NCBI GenBank assembly: GCA_029717555.1
Contig: JAMDHS010000013.1
Location: 186,001 to 250,000 of the forward strand
Length of the DNA: 64,000 nt
Direction of reading: 5' to 3'
DNA from: Peribolospora baueri
Lineage: Eukaryota
Position 1 is the stretch's first letter, and the number at the start of each line of letters is the position of its first letter. A model generated the notes under the pieces. The model was not told the origin of the DNA. It saw only the letters and a list, made by a program, of their open reading frames with translations, and did no database searches. A program made the translations under genes and the position numbers. Positions 23,448-35,387 of this stretch are shown here, piece after piece.

Positions 23448-24017
23448 ACGCTTCGCCCCTTCCCCGATCGGTCCGGTCCAACCTGCCTATATCGCGTCGC
23501 TCTTTCGTCTCGTCTCGTCTCGTCTCGTCTCTTATCTTATCTGTCTGTTGTAGTACAATGCCATCTGTCGTCCGCCGCGTCCCGTCCAATTCACTTCCTG
23601 CCAGTCTCTGTAGCCGGTATACAAACGAGGCTTTTCTCGGAATCGATCGACCGCCATGGCGATATGGTGGGCTTGAAGCCAGGCCAGGCCAGGCACAATC
23701 AATCCAAATCCAATCCAATCCGTCTTTTTCGGCCTTTGTTTTGGCCGGCGTCTGAATGAGAAGCGTTTTCGGGTTTAGATTTTGCTCAATCAAACGCCGG
23801 GTAACGCCGGCTTCTGAGACGGTTGCAAAGCGGGTTGGCGGGGTGGTCGTATGGATAGAGTTCGTGAGGGACAGGGAGGCGATGGCCACTCCTGACGCCC
23901 CGGCCTGCTCTGCTCGGACGAAGCCGACCTGGCTAGGAGCGAGGTGTCGGTGGACGCGGAGGAGACGGACGAAGGCGAAGGGGAAGGGGACGTGCGGGAC
24001 GAGGTTTGCTGGAGGTG

Positions 24018-24045
24018 GTCACGTGACTGGGGTGAGCCTGATTGG
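24018..24045. promoter_or_regulatory. Palindromic GTCACGTGAC plus ATTGG (reverse CCAAT) upstream of SNZ1
   Basis: Read directly, about 180-200 bp upstream of ATG 24221. Confidence 0.5.
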
Positions 24046-24220
24046 ACGGCCGGAGGTAATCGGAGGTGAGCGAAGGAAATGAGTCGAAGAAAGCGGGAAG
24101 AGTCAGGTCGAAGCGAGTGCGGTGAGATAAAGACGAAACGTCGCCGACGTCGACCGCCTCACTCGCTCTCCATCCCCCTCCTCCTTCCTCCTCCGCCCGC
24201 TCCCTCTCCCCGTCAACGCC

Positions 24221-26073
24221 ATGTCTTCCGACGCCCCCAACGTCAACGCCAACCCCAACGCCGCCTCCGCCACGGCGCCCATGAGCCGCACGGCCACCGG
24301 CCAACCGAGCCTCAAGGCCGACTCGTCCAGCCTTGGTACCTTTACCGTCAAGAGCGGACTCGCTCAGATGCTCAAGGGCGGCGTCATCATGGTGCGTTGC
24401 GTTCTCTGTGTGGGCCGAGCACAAAGGGGCGTGCGAGAAAGAGAAAGAAAGAAGCGAGGTTGAGGGCGTCTGATCGGATCTGATCTGACATGGTCGCGTG
24501 CATCCCCCCCCCCTTCGCCGGCCTTCATCAGGACGTGGTCAATGCCGAGCAAGCTCGCATCGCCGAAGAGGCAGGTGCTTGCGCTGTCATGGTGAGCTTG
24601 CTTGCACAAACAAGCCCGGTCCGACGGCCCCCCACACCGCACCATCCAACCATCGCTGACGGCGACTTGTCGGTTTTCTGCCGCCTTCCAGGCCCTCGAG
24701 CGTATTCCCGCCGACATTCGTGCTGTGAGTCTCCCCTCCGTCTCTTTCTCTGCAGCTCAGCGGATCAGCGCTCATCTGTCGTCCCTTTCCGTACCCCCCT
24801 CTCTCTCTGTCACCAGGATGGTGGAGTGGCACGCATGTCCGACCCTAAGCTCGTCCAAGAGATCCAGGCGGCCACCACTCTGCCCGTCATGGCCAAGTGC
24901 CGGATCGGCCACTTTGTCGAGGCGCAGGTGGGTCGCCGATGAGTATATGAGCGATGCGGTTTCAGAATCGCCTCTCACCGTCGTCCGCCGCTCGTCGTTG
25001 GATTCGCTTCATGATCAACAGGTCCTTCAGGCCATCAAGGTCGACTACGTGAGTTTCCTTCTACCTCCATTTCCCCACCGCCTTCGCTAATTTCCCGCTC
25101 CCTCCTCTCCGTGCAGATCGACGAGTCGGAAGTGCTTACGCCCGCAGACGAGGCCCACCACATCAACAAGCATAGCTTCAAGGTGCCTTTCGTGTGCGGC
25201 TGCAAGAACCTCGGCGAGGCTTTGCGCAGGATCAGCGAGGGCGCGGCCATGATCCGAACCAGTGAGCGCCGCGATAAAATAAGGCCTTGAATGTGCGGGC
25301 GCATTTCCTAACTCGGCCCTTTCTTTCTCGTTCCCCTTGCGCTCGTCTCGGCCGTCTCGTCTTGCAGAGGGCGAAGCTGGAACGGGCAACGTCGTGGAGG
25401 CTGTCAAGCACCAGCGGACGGTGCAGGCGGAGATCCGCAAGGCGGCGAGCATGTCCGACGAGGAGCTCTATGCATTCGCCAAGGATATCCAGGTGCGTCC
25501 CTTGTCCCTCTCCGTCGGTTCGGGCGCTTTATGAGGCGCGCGATTGACTCGATCGCGTTGCTTCCCTTGTCGTGCGTGCTGTCATCCGTGATAGGCGCCG
25601 TTCCACCTCTTGAAAGAGGTCGCTCGCACGAAGCGTCTGCCGGTCGTCAACTTTGCTGCAGGAGGCATTGCCACCCCGTGTACGTTTTTCTTTGGGCACT
25701 TCACTCCGTGCGATCAGTCCGCTGATCATGAGACTCTGGTTTTCGGCTTGGGTCAGCTGACGCGGCCATGATGATGCAACTCGGCTCGGACGGCGTGTTC
25801 GTCGGGTCGGGCATCTTCAAGGGCGACAACCCGGCGGAGAGGGCAAAGGCGATCGTCCAGGCTGTGGCGCACTACAACAACCCGGAGATGATTGCAAAGG
25901 TGGGCGTCGCCGCCGCGGCCTTCGTATGGCATCCGTCGCGCTCGATTCGCCTGGGCTGACTTGTCCTCGTCCGTTTGCATTGACAGGTCTCCACGGGCAT
26001 CGGCGAGGCCATGGTCGGCTTGACGATGGACAAGAACCTTCCGGGCGGCAGGCTGGCCAACCGGGGCTGGTAA
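24221..26073 (+). CDS. SNZ1: Pyridoxal 5'-phosphate synthase subunit (about 10 short exons)
   Basis: [83 protein letters not shown] and end RLANRGW*. Confidence 0.97.
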
Positions 26074-26545
26074 AAGGAAGAAGAACCGGGAGGAAAGGCG
26101 ATGGAAAACGAGAAGAAGGAATCCCCGTCTCGCGTTCGACCCGTTTCGTTTTTCCGTTTCGTTCGTTTATCTGCTTTGGCTGTGTGCAATCCATCCGGAG
26201 GTCGTGCTGCGTCGCATCGCGACGTGTCGTTCGCAGACGTTTGCGCTTTCTCTCCCTTCTTGGTCCCGGGCGAATCTAGAGATTTCATGCGCGAGAAAGG
26301 GGATAGCCGCTTCTTTCATTTGCTCCCCTCCCTATCCATGGCCTCCTTGACCTTTCGCTCCACAACGGTCGGTAAGGGACAACTGGGCGTCTTTGCCTCT
26401 CGACCGCGCGTGGCGTAGAAGGAGGAGCAGCAGCGGTAGAGGTTGTCGATGAGGGATTGACACTTTTCTTGTTGGTAGGCGTTGCGTTGGATGCATGATT
26501 GGATCGCGCACGCTTCTGCTGAGGCGGGGGTGCATCCAATCCAAG

Positions 26546-26574
26546 CAGTCAGTCAGTCAGTCAGTCAGTCAGTC
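26546..26574. repeat. (CAGT)7 microsatellite
   Basis: Read directly. Confidence 0.95.
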
Positions 26575-27437
26575 CGCGCGGAGGGAAGGAAAAGCCTGCG
26601 CTCGTCGTTTCGCCTCGCCCGGGTTTGTTTTGAACTGACTGGCCGAAAGTGAAGTGAAGTGAAGTGACTGACCTGCGTGGCACGGCTGTTCTTCGTCCAC
26701 CTGTGGTGCGACGAACCGTCGTCGTCGTCACGGGCGCCGATTCCGAACCGAACTGATCCGTCAGCGAGAGTTGTACTAGGGACGGGGGGAGCTAGGCACT
26801 CACGGGCATGTTGTCGTGAGGATTTTTTTCACAATCACGGCCGAAGGGCGAGTTGAGGTGAGAGAGAGGAGAGCGCGGACCGGGCGGCTGGTTCCGCTTC
26901 GACGTCGTCGTCGTCGTGGACGATGATGGATGGATGGAAGATGATTCTGTCGATCACACACGCGACGAAAGCTGTTTCTGTGACGGACGGAGTCTAGCTA
27001 CGACGCCAAGCGCCGCTTCTCGTCGTCGGAGACGATCGCCGCTGGCATCATCTGGTCGATGGGAGAGGGAGGGTGTGGGAGGCAAGGAGGGAAAACGAGG
27101 GGACCAACGGACGATCTAAATTGGGCACGTCGCAGATATAGATTCGATCGTGACGGATGGACTGGACTGACTGGACGACGTCGTACAACTGGAAGACCTT
27201 CGTTGGCGGAGGAGGCCAAGTTTTCTCGTCGTCATCGCCGTCATCTTTGTCTTTGTCTTTATCTTCGCCGTCGTCTTCGTCTTCTTCGTCGCCCTCGCCG
27301 TCGACAACGTCCACAAACCCACTCCCTAGCCAGTCCGCTACGCCCACCTAGTCCACGCCGTGTCGCATACACCGCACCGTCCGCCGCTCCCTTTACACTC
27401 TCCCGCTGTCGTACACATCCCTCAGTGTCGTGCCGCC

Positions 27438-28878
27438 ATGGTCTTCTTCTCCCCCTCCGCCGCCCTCGCCCTTCTCGCTTCCTCCCTCCTCTCTTCTTCT
27501 CCCGCCGTCCGAGCCGCGACCGCCGCACCCCCCGCCGCGGGCTACTTCTCCCCCTTGGCCAACGGAGGCGGCATGTATACCGTGAGTCGAGTCGCCTCGC
27601 CCACCAAGCCCACCAGATCATGGACGACCGACTTCGCACGTCACTGAGGGGCCCCCTGACGTCGCCATCCGTGTTCCCCGTCCCACCAGCTAATCCCCGG
27701 CCTCCCCGGCCAGGGCGAACCGCTAAACGTAATCGTCAGCGCAAAGTCGGACCCGCAAGTGCTCACCTCGACCGGCTTCCTCAACTACATGCAGTCCATT
27801 CAGTTTTCTACTGATTGTCTCGGCCTCGTGAGCCTTTCTTTCTATGCCCCTCGCCGTCCCGCTGCGGCCCGCCTTGGCACCCCGCTTGACGCGTCCGCAC
27901 GCGTCGTTAAATCGTCGAGCAGCGTCGAAGAGGACCCTTGACCGGCCCGGCTGGAAGCATTTTATGGTGCCCGCCGGCATGAGCGCTCGTTGCTGGTCGG
28001 TCGCTAACGCGTGGCCGTCGATGACGCGTTTCCACCTCCAGCATAACGGCACCATCCAGAGCGCCAACCTCGGCGACGGCCAAGGCAGCGGTGAGTACGG
28101 GCGCGCCGTATATACACCTCTCTTGTAGACGAGGCTGACGGAGGTCGATCGACGTTCGAACGCAGTGCCCCAGGTTCAGGTGCTGCGATACGACTATGGC
28201 AAGTGAGTGTCACCTCGTTGCTTGACCGTGTGTTCGTACCGTCGAGTGAACAAACCGGCCTCCCTTCCCAGCGCTGCCATCGGCACCTGCCAAGAGTCAG
28301 CGCGCGGCGGTAATCATCTTCGCTACTGGTTCCAGAACGGCACGGCGGCCAACTCTGGAGCCATCTTCCTTGCCACCTCTGTCGAAGAACCGGCGGCCGA
28401 GGGCCATATGATCGTGCCGGACGGGTACAACGCCGGACGGGACTGGCTTGTGGGCAACGCGACGGCGAGCAACGGCACGACGGCCAACGGGTACGTCTAC
28501 CACACGACCAGCCAAATCGTCCCTGGCTTGTTGCAGGCCACGAGCGACAACGTGAACCATGCTACGCAGGTCGGCGTCAATGGCCAGCCTGCCGTCGATG
28601 GCCACGTCGCCGTGCTCACGGTCACCGTTTCCAAGAATGGCTCTGTGTGAGTAACAGCGCACCACGGCGATCGCCGATGGAGACGGACGTTCAGATCGTC
28701 TGGACGTCCCACGTTAACACCACCTCGCATCACCCTACTCTCGCGCAGCGCCGCCACCGCCTCGAGCTCCTCCTCGACGCCCGCCGCCGCTCTCGTCTCG
28801 AGCCAGCGCTCCGTCCTTGTGGCCTTCCTGGCACTGCTCCTCGGCGGCGCGCTCGGGTGGTCCGCGTGGGTTCTCTAG
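27438..28878 (+). CDS. Secreted, probably GPI-anchored protein of unknown function (6 exons; LssY_C-like motifs)
   Basis: Signal peptide MVFFSPSAALALLASSLL. In-frame exon joins give GEPLNVIVS, CLG, GTCQES, NHLRYWFQNG, HMIVPDGYNAGRD and DGHVAVL. Ser/Thr linker then a hydrophobic tail VLVAFLALLLGGALGWSAWVL*. Several NxT/S sequons. Confidence 0.85.
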
Positions 28879-29514
28879 ACCGACCGGTCGGTCATCCTTC
28901 AGCGTTTCGTCGTTCTCGACCGTTCGATGCGGCCGCGCTCGGTGGATAGATGGGAGGGTGGACATGGACGCGCCGCGGGACGGGTGAACGCTCCTTTCTC
29001 TCTCTTCTCATTCCCTTTCATCGTCAATTCGGACACTCTCCTTCCTTCACTGTACCGCTCAAAACGTGCGTGATCGGCGCGCCGCCGCCGCCTTCATCGC
29101 CTTTCTGTCCCAACCTACCTGTATCATCCCTCCCGTTGAAACACAGACGTGGCCTTTTTTCTCGTCCTTACGAAGTGGCTGGAGAGCGGCTGGATGATGG
29201 GATGTGATCTCAGTGACTGAGCCTTGGGCGGAGATCCATGTGTTTCGCAGCGGGCCGGCTGGGCAGGATCAAGCTTGGCTTGCGGAGACGTCGGAAGGTC
29301 TCGGAAGCATGTGTCCGTCGTCCTGCGTCCCTCGTCGGGCACCTAATAACCCAGCGCCGGCTTATCTCCGCGCCGCGGGCGAGAAGAGGGACGGAAATTG
29401 TATTCTTTCTTTCTCTTTCTTGTCCTTGTTTTTGAATCCGTCTTGCGATTAGATCGGATGGATTGTGATGGAACGGATTGCGCGATCGCATATGGATGCC
29501 ATCCGGTTCAATTC

Positions 29515-29567
29515 GGTGCGGTGCGTTGCGGTGCGGTGCGGTGAGATGAGATGAGATGAGATGAGAT
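29515..29567. repeat. Compound (GCGGT)n/(GAGAT)5 microsatellite
   Basis: Read directly. Confidence 0.9.
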
Positions 29568-30139
29568 GCGTCGTGAAAGCCAGCTCCCAACCTGCCTCTG
29601 CCTGGCTCATCGGTCGTCGTGTCTGTGCGGAGGGAGGTCTGTGATCGTGACAGCGGGCGGATGGAGCGTGATAGCGAAAGCGGACAAGGCTTGGCTTGTG
29701 GCCGGTTAGCGTCAGCGTCACCATCAACGACCACGATCACGCACGCGGTGGAGATGAGACGGAGATGAGATGTCCGATAACGAGCGAACAAGGCACAGCT
29801 CCATCTATCCGTCCGCCGTTAGAAGAGAGGAAGCAAACGACACCTTCGGCCGGACTCATCTGTCCTCACCTGCTCACCTGTTCTGTCCTCGCTGCTCGTC
29901 GGAAGAGGATTCTGAGGGGAACGGAATGATTTAAGAAACAGACAGGTCTCTGCCTGCCCGTGTCAGCTCGCCCTCCCTCTGCCCGCCTTCCTTCCCTCCT
30001 TCCTAGACACAGGCCAAGAAAAAAAAAAGCAAGAGGCAAAAAGCAAAAGGCAGACGGACCGACGTTCCCAGTCCTCCAATCCTCCACACTCCACTCCACT
30101 CCACTTCTCTCCACTCCACTCCAGCTCACCCCCATCGCG

Positions 30140-31266
30140 ATGCGCCCCTCCACTCGCTTCCTCTCCCCCCTCCTCCGCCCCGCCTCCACCTCCACCCTTC
30201 CCCTCTCCCGTCCCTCCTTCTTCTCTCCCCTTTCTTCCACCACCTCTTCGCCCTCTTCCCTTGCCCTCGCCCACCGTCGTCCAACCGCCGCTCCCGTCGC
30301 AATGGCCTCGCGCACCCTCGCCACCAGCGCCTCCACCCCGCCCTTCCCCACCGCCGCCGCCGCCGGCCCAGGCGGCGCCCCGTCCTGGGCTGAGCCGCTC
30401 GCCGACGCGACGCCGGAGCAACTCGGCCTCCATAGGTACATCGTCCTCGCCCTCGACCACACCGACGCCGCCTCTCAGCAGCGCAGGTACGCCGTGAGGG
30501 AGCAGCATCTCCTCGGCGCCAGGGACGGCAAGAAGGTCGGCAGGATCAGTGAGTCGTTCGCGATGAGCCGAGTCGAGCCGTGAACGGGAAGAAAGAAAGA
30601 AAGAAAGAAAGAAAGGGGCGCTCACACACGCCGTCGCCTCCCATCTCGCAACAGCACTCGGAGGCGCACTCCTCTCCTCTGACCCTGCCACCGCCACGGC
30701 GGACAACGAGCCCAAGCGCATCGGCTCTTTGATCATCGCTTACGGCAAGGTGAGCAAGCGAACGAGCGAACAAGTTAGGCCGGCGGTTCGTTCGTTCGGT
30801 CACTCGGCAGACGACGAACCAACGTTGACCCCCGTCGTTCGCTCTCTCTCTCTCTCTCTTCTTGACAGGACATTGACGACGTCCGCGCTCGCGTCGCCCA
30901 AGACCCGTGAGCGCTCCACCCACACGTCCACCCATCCGCACCATACGTCTTCCGTCCCACTGACGCTAGCTTCTTTTCTTCCCCACCTCTTGGCCTCGCC
31001 CTACGTAGCTATGTTACCGGCAACGTGAGTTTTCCCGTCTTAGCGTCTTGCGTCCTGCCCGAATCGCCTTCCTCACTCCACCCCTCTCGTCCATGCGCTG
31101 AATCGAACAGGTTTGGGACCCCTCCACGCTGCAAATCCTTCCCTTCCTCGAGGCCTCCCTCGGCCCTGACTCTTCCGCTACCGCGCCCACGCCCTCCGCT
31201 TCCGCTTCCGCCGACAAGGTCACCCTCGCTCAGCTCAGGGCTACGCCCGGTCACACTTTGACTTGA
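30140..31266 (+). CDS. YCII-related domain protein with mitochondrial presequence (5 exons)
   Basis: Arg/Ser-rich acid-free N-terminus, then YIVLALDHTD...RRYAVREQHL, LGGALL, GSLII and DPYVTGNVWD (YCII pattern). 16-nt microexon at 31009-31024. Confidence 0.85.
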
Positions 31267-32424
31267 AAGAAACGTCGGCAGCCGTCCCTCGCGGAGGGTT
31301 CGACCTCTGCTCGTCTCCGCTCGGCCCGCCTTCGGCTCACGGCTCAAGTTTGCGGCGCCAGCTGAGGGTAGGTCGTTGGGGCGGGATCGTCTGACGGAAG
31401 GGCGTGTGTAGGGTCGACGTCGGGTCGGGAGAGCGGATCTCGTGCTGGAGGACAGCGGCGACCTGGGGAGAAAGAATGCCCAAGACAGAGAGCCATACAT
31501 TTCTGGGCGGGGCGGGCGGACGCGGGGCGGACGCGGACACCCACAACAAGATCAAGATTCGAGCGACCCATTTTTGCGACTCAACCTCGTCTCCGAAATC
31601 TGATTTTCGAACGCCCCTCGAGCGTTTCTCACGCCCGTGACCACTTCTACACGCCCGTCGTCGTCGCTCTTGACAGCTCCTCTTGCCTCGATGCGTACGC
31701 TCCGCGTGCCGACGACGTCCGCAGTTCTCCACTCTCCACGGGATTCAAAGCGTCCCCGCACCCCCCGCCCCCCACGGTCCTTGTAGATTCTTTCGAGTAC
31801 CACCCCCTCGTCCCTCGGTCCCCCCTCGCCCGATCACGCGCACTGTCCATTCCCGTTTCTCCCTCTGCTGCTCCTGTACCCTGTCTCTTCTTGTCAACGC
31901 CCCTGAAGGTCGAGGTCCCCTCCCCTCCCCTTCGACGGCATTGGAAATCGGGTCCTCTCTCACGTTGACGATTCACTTCACGTACGTCGTGTCGTACCTT
32001 TGCTTGTCGCGACTGTGCTGGACCAGGATCCGATCCGATCCGCGTGACGCGCTCGCTTGCTCCTCCTCCTTCTGCACTCGAGATTCTTCGTCTGAATGGT
32101 CTGAATGGATATATCTGTAAGAAGGGCATGGCCATCGACGAGAAAATTTTGGACCGCGTGCCACGCTTCCGCCGACCATGGATCGTCCACGCACGGTATC
32201 AGGGACCGTCGGTGGACCGTCAGCAACCGCACGGTTTTGTTCGTCCTTATGTACATACATACACGATGCGTGTACATGGACACGATACGTGCACATGATG
32301 AGCGAGGAAGACGGCGTTAGGCGGACGTGCCGCTCGACCAGGCCACTCCGATCTTCCCGTTCCAGGTGTTAGTCGAGCTCATTGGCGACCAGACCAGGCT
32401 GAGCTTCCCAACACCATCCTCAAA

Positions 32425-34732
32425 ATGGCCTCACCAGCGAGGTCGTTGCTCGCCTCGTCGCGGGCAATGGCCTTTCGTCCGCACACGCCCTTCATCCGGA
32501 ACGCTCTTCGCGTCTCCCACCCGCCCTCCACGTCCCCCTCCGCGGCGCTCGCTCGAACCCTCTTCACTCGTCGCAAGACTCCACCCTCCCGCGCGCGCAA
32601 CTTGATCGTCTCCTCCCTCCTTCTCGTCGGCGGCGGACTCTTCGCCGTATACTACCTTGACTCACGCTCGGCGCTCCATCGCTACATCGTCATGCCCGTT
32701 CTCCTCCGCACCACGGATCCCGAGACGGCTCACCGATTCGCGATCGACGTGCTCAAGACCGGCTTGGCCCCCAGGGATATGGTGGCTGACAGTGAGCTCC
32801 TGAGGACGGAGGTATGTCTTTCGTTGGCATCCTTGCTCTCCCATCGCTCTTTCTCTCTCCTCGTTCCCTTTCGCTGACCGATCCTTGTCATCTTTCCCCG
32901 TCCCCCTCCTTTTTTTCGTCGCGCGCGTCTTCGTCTTGAAACACCGTTCGTAGGTGTTTGGCAGGACATTCAACAACCCTCTAGGCCTCGCTGCCGGCTT
33001 TGATAAGCAAGCCGAGGCCATCGATGCTTTGTTTGATCTCGGCTTTGGACTCGTCGAGGTCGGCAGCGTGACGCCCGAGCCGCAGGTGAGCGCGCGCCGA
33101 GCACGACGATCGCAAACAAGTTTTTGTGCATCGGCTCTGACTCTGACGCCGTCCTTTCCTCTCGTTCTCCGCCTCTCGTTCTCCGTTAGCCTGGAAACCC
33201 TTTGCCCCGCTACTTCCGCTTGCCCGAGGATGAGGCGGTGATTAATCGGTACGGATTCAACTCGGAAGGACATCGCACCATCATGTCCCGACTGCGCGAC
33301 CGCGTCCGACGCTTCCTTCTTCACCACTCACCGGCCGCCTCGATTACCCTCTCCGGTAAACCTTCTGATCTCGAGAAGGCCTTGACTCCCTTCGGAGAGC
33401 CGGCGACTACGGACATGCCACATCTTTTGGCTCGCAACCCTGAAGGTGCGCAGCTCACCGACGCCCTCGGCGTGCCTCGCTCGCTCCGGCCCGGTCGGGT
33501 CCTCGCGGTTAACCTGGGAAAGAACAAGACGTCGCCCGAGGACGGAGTGGAGGACTATGTCCGAGGCGTGCGCGCTCTGGGACCATACGCGGATTTGGTG
33601 GTGATCAACATCTCCTCGCCGAACACGCCCGGTCTTCGAAGGTTGCAGCGGAGGGACTTGCTGGAGCAATTGCTGACGAGCGTCGTCGCGACCAGGGACA
33701 CGCTGGCCGAGCCCAAACCGCCTCTGCTCGTCAAGGTCGCTCCTGACATGTCCGAGACCGAGCTGGAGGATGTCGCCAGTGCTGTTCTGTCCACCAAGGC
33801 CGATGGCATCATCGTCAGCAACACCACCGTTTCCAGGCCCGGGACCCTCAATTCGAGTGAGCAAGTCTCGCGCTCGGCGGTCGTTTAAAGCGTTCGCTCA
33901 CCCGCGCCATGCACTCTTGTCCATTTCCTCTTCCACTCCAGCGGACCATGTCGCGCAAACCGGCGGCCTGTCCGGCCCTCCGCTCAAGCCCCTTTCTCTC
34001 CAAGCCCTTTCCCACTTGCACCGCGTGACCGGCGGCCGAGTACCGCTCATCGGCTGCGGCGGCATTTCGACGGGCGAGGACGCGCTGGACTACGCACGCG
34101 CGGGAGCGAGCCTCGTGGAGATCTACACCAGCTTTGGCTATGGCGGAGTGGGTGTGCCAAGGCGGATCAAGGACGAGATCGTGGACGCGCTCAAGAAGGA
34201 GGGCAAGAGCTGGACGGAGATTGTAGGCGATCGGGCCAGGTCGATCGAGTCGGTGCGACTGGACGATCGGCTCGAGGACGCCGGTTCGGGCTTGCCCCAA
34301 GGAGACCCCGGTCTCTTGCCCACGACGGAGAAGCAGTTTGACCAGGCGGTGAAGGGCGTCAAGGCCGAGTTGGACGACCTGCGCGCCGCGCTGTCCCGGC
34401 CCGAGTCGACGCCGTCCTACTCCACTTTCCAACCGGACGAAGACGACGACTTGCTCGCGCGGGTGCACGCGGCGCTCGCAATGCCCGAAGCTTCCAACTA
34501 CACGCGATCGCCGGAAAACATCGAGACGACGGTTCAGGATCCCTCGCCTGCGCCCGCCGTCGTCGCTCTCGAGAGCGCCATCCCCTCCGCGGTCGTTTCC
34601 TCTGGCGAACCTACCGATCCTATGGCGCCGCCGACAGCGTCGACGCAGAAGGACGCGGGAGCGGGCGACGGGAAAGGAAAGGAGCCGACTGCGGAGGAGC
34701 TAGCGAATGTCGACAGTCAGAGGCTGGTGTGA
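32425..34732 (+). CDS. URA9: Dihydroorotate dehydrogenase (quinone), class 2, mitochondrial (4 exons)
   Basis: Presequence and TM segment, [70 protein letters not shown] and IGCGGI. Confidence 0.96.
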
Positions 34733-35387
34733 TGCGTCGACGCATCGGTCATGTAGATGTAGAGGAGTGCGGTCGATGGATGCGATGCGCATCGAGACGG
34801 CTCGCGTTCGTGCGCCCACATGGAAGAAGGAAACGCATGGTTAGATTATTGGACTTAGTGAACCTGGCCTGGCCTGGCCTGGCCTGGGCTGACCTCTACG
34901 ACATCTCCCTCGTCCTCGACTGAAAGTGAAAGAGAGAAGTGGAAGCTGGCCGCTGGGCGCATGGCCCGCAGGCCGGCTTGCCCATGACGCTACAAGGCCG
35001 TCGTCGGTCGGTCCACTTTCGGCGTCTCGGTGCTTCTTAGGTTGGTTCCCAGAAGACGGCAGCAGACGGAGGCCCGTGCGCTGGCTGACGTCGATCGGCG
35101 ACCGGCTGGAGCGAGCCGGCCGGAGGAGAGGCCGAACGGGAACAGGCGCGTGATTGCCACAGTCGGTCGATCGACCCCGCCGTCGAACGTCTCCCGCCCG
35201 CTCCGGTCAACTCTACTCCGCACCGTTTCACACACATCTTCTCTTCTTTCATCTCTTCGACCACCGTCCCCGTCTTCGCTCCCCATCCTCACCACCTCTC
35301 ACCACTCAGCCCATCCGCTACTGAACGCCTCTGATTGACCGCTAGACAACCCTCTTCTGCAACCCCGCAAACCTACTACGCCGAGCC

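Noticed and set aside
23448..24220. Divergent SNO1/PDX2 partner next to SNZ1
   Set aside because: The gap is too short and no glutaminase motifs are present. The 365-aa minus ORF 22792-23889 looks spurious.
2557..34732. Stop-codon readthrough (TGA CTA) creating cryptic PTS1 signals
   Set aside because: The stops checked (HEM1, MET16, INO1, SNZ1, DHODH, EEP) lack the TGA CTA context.
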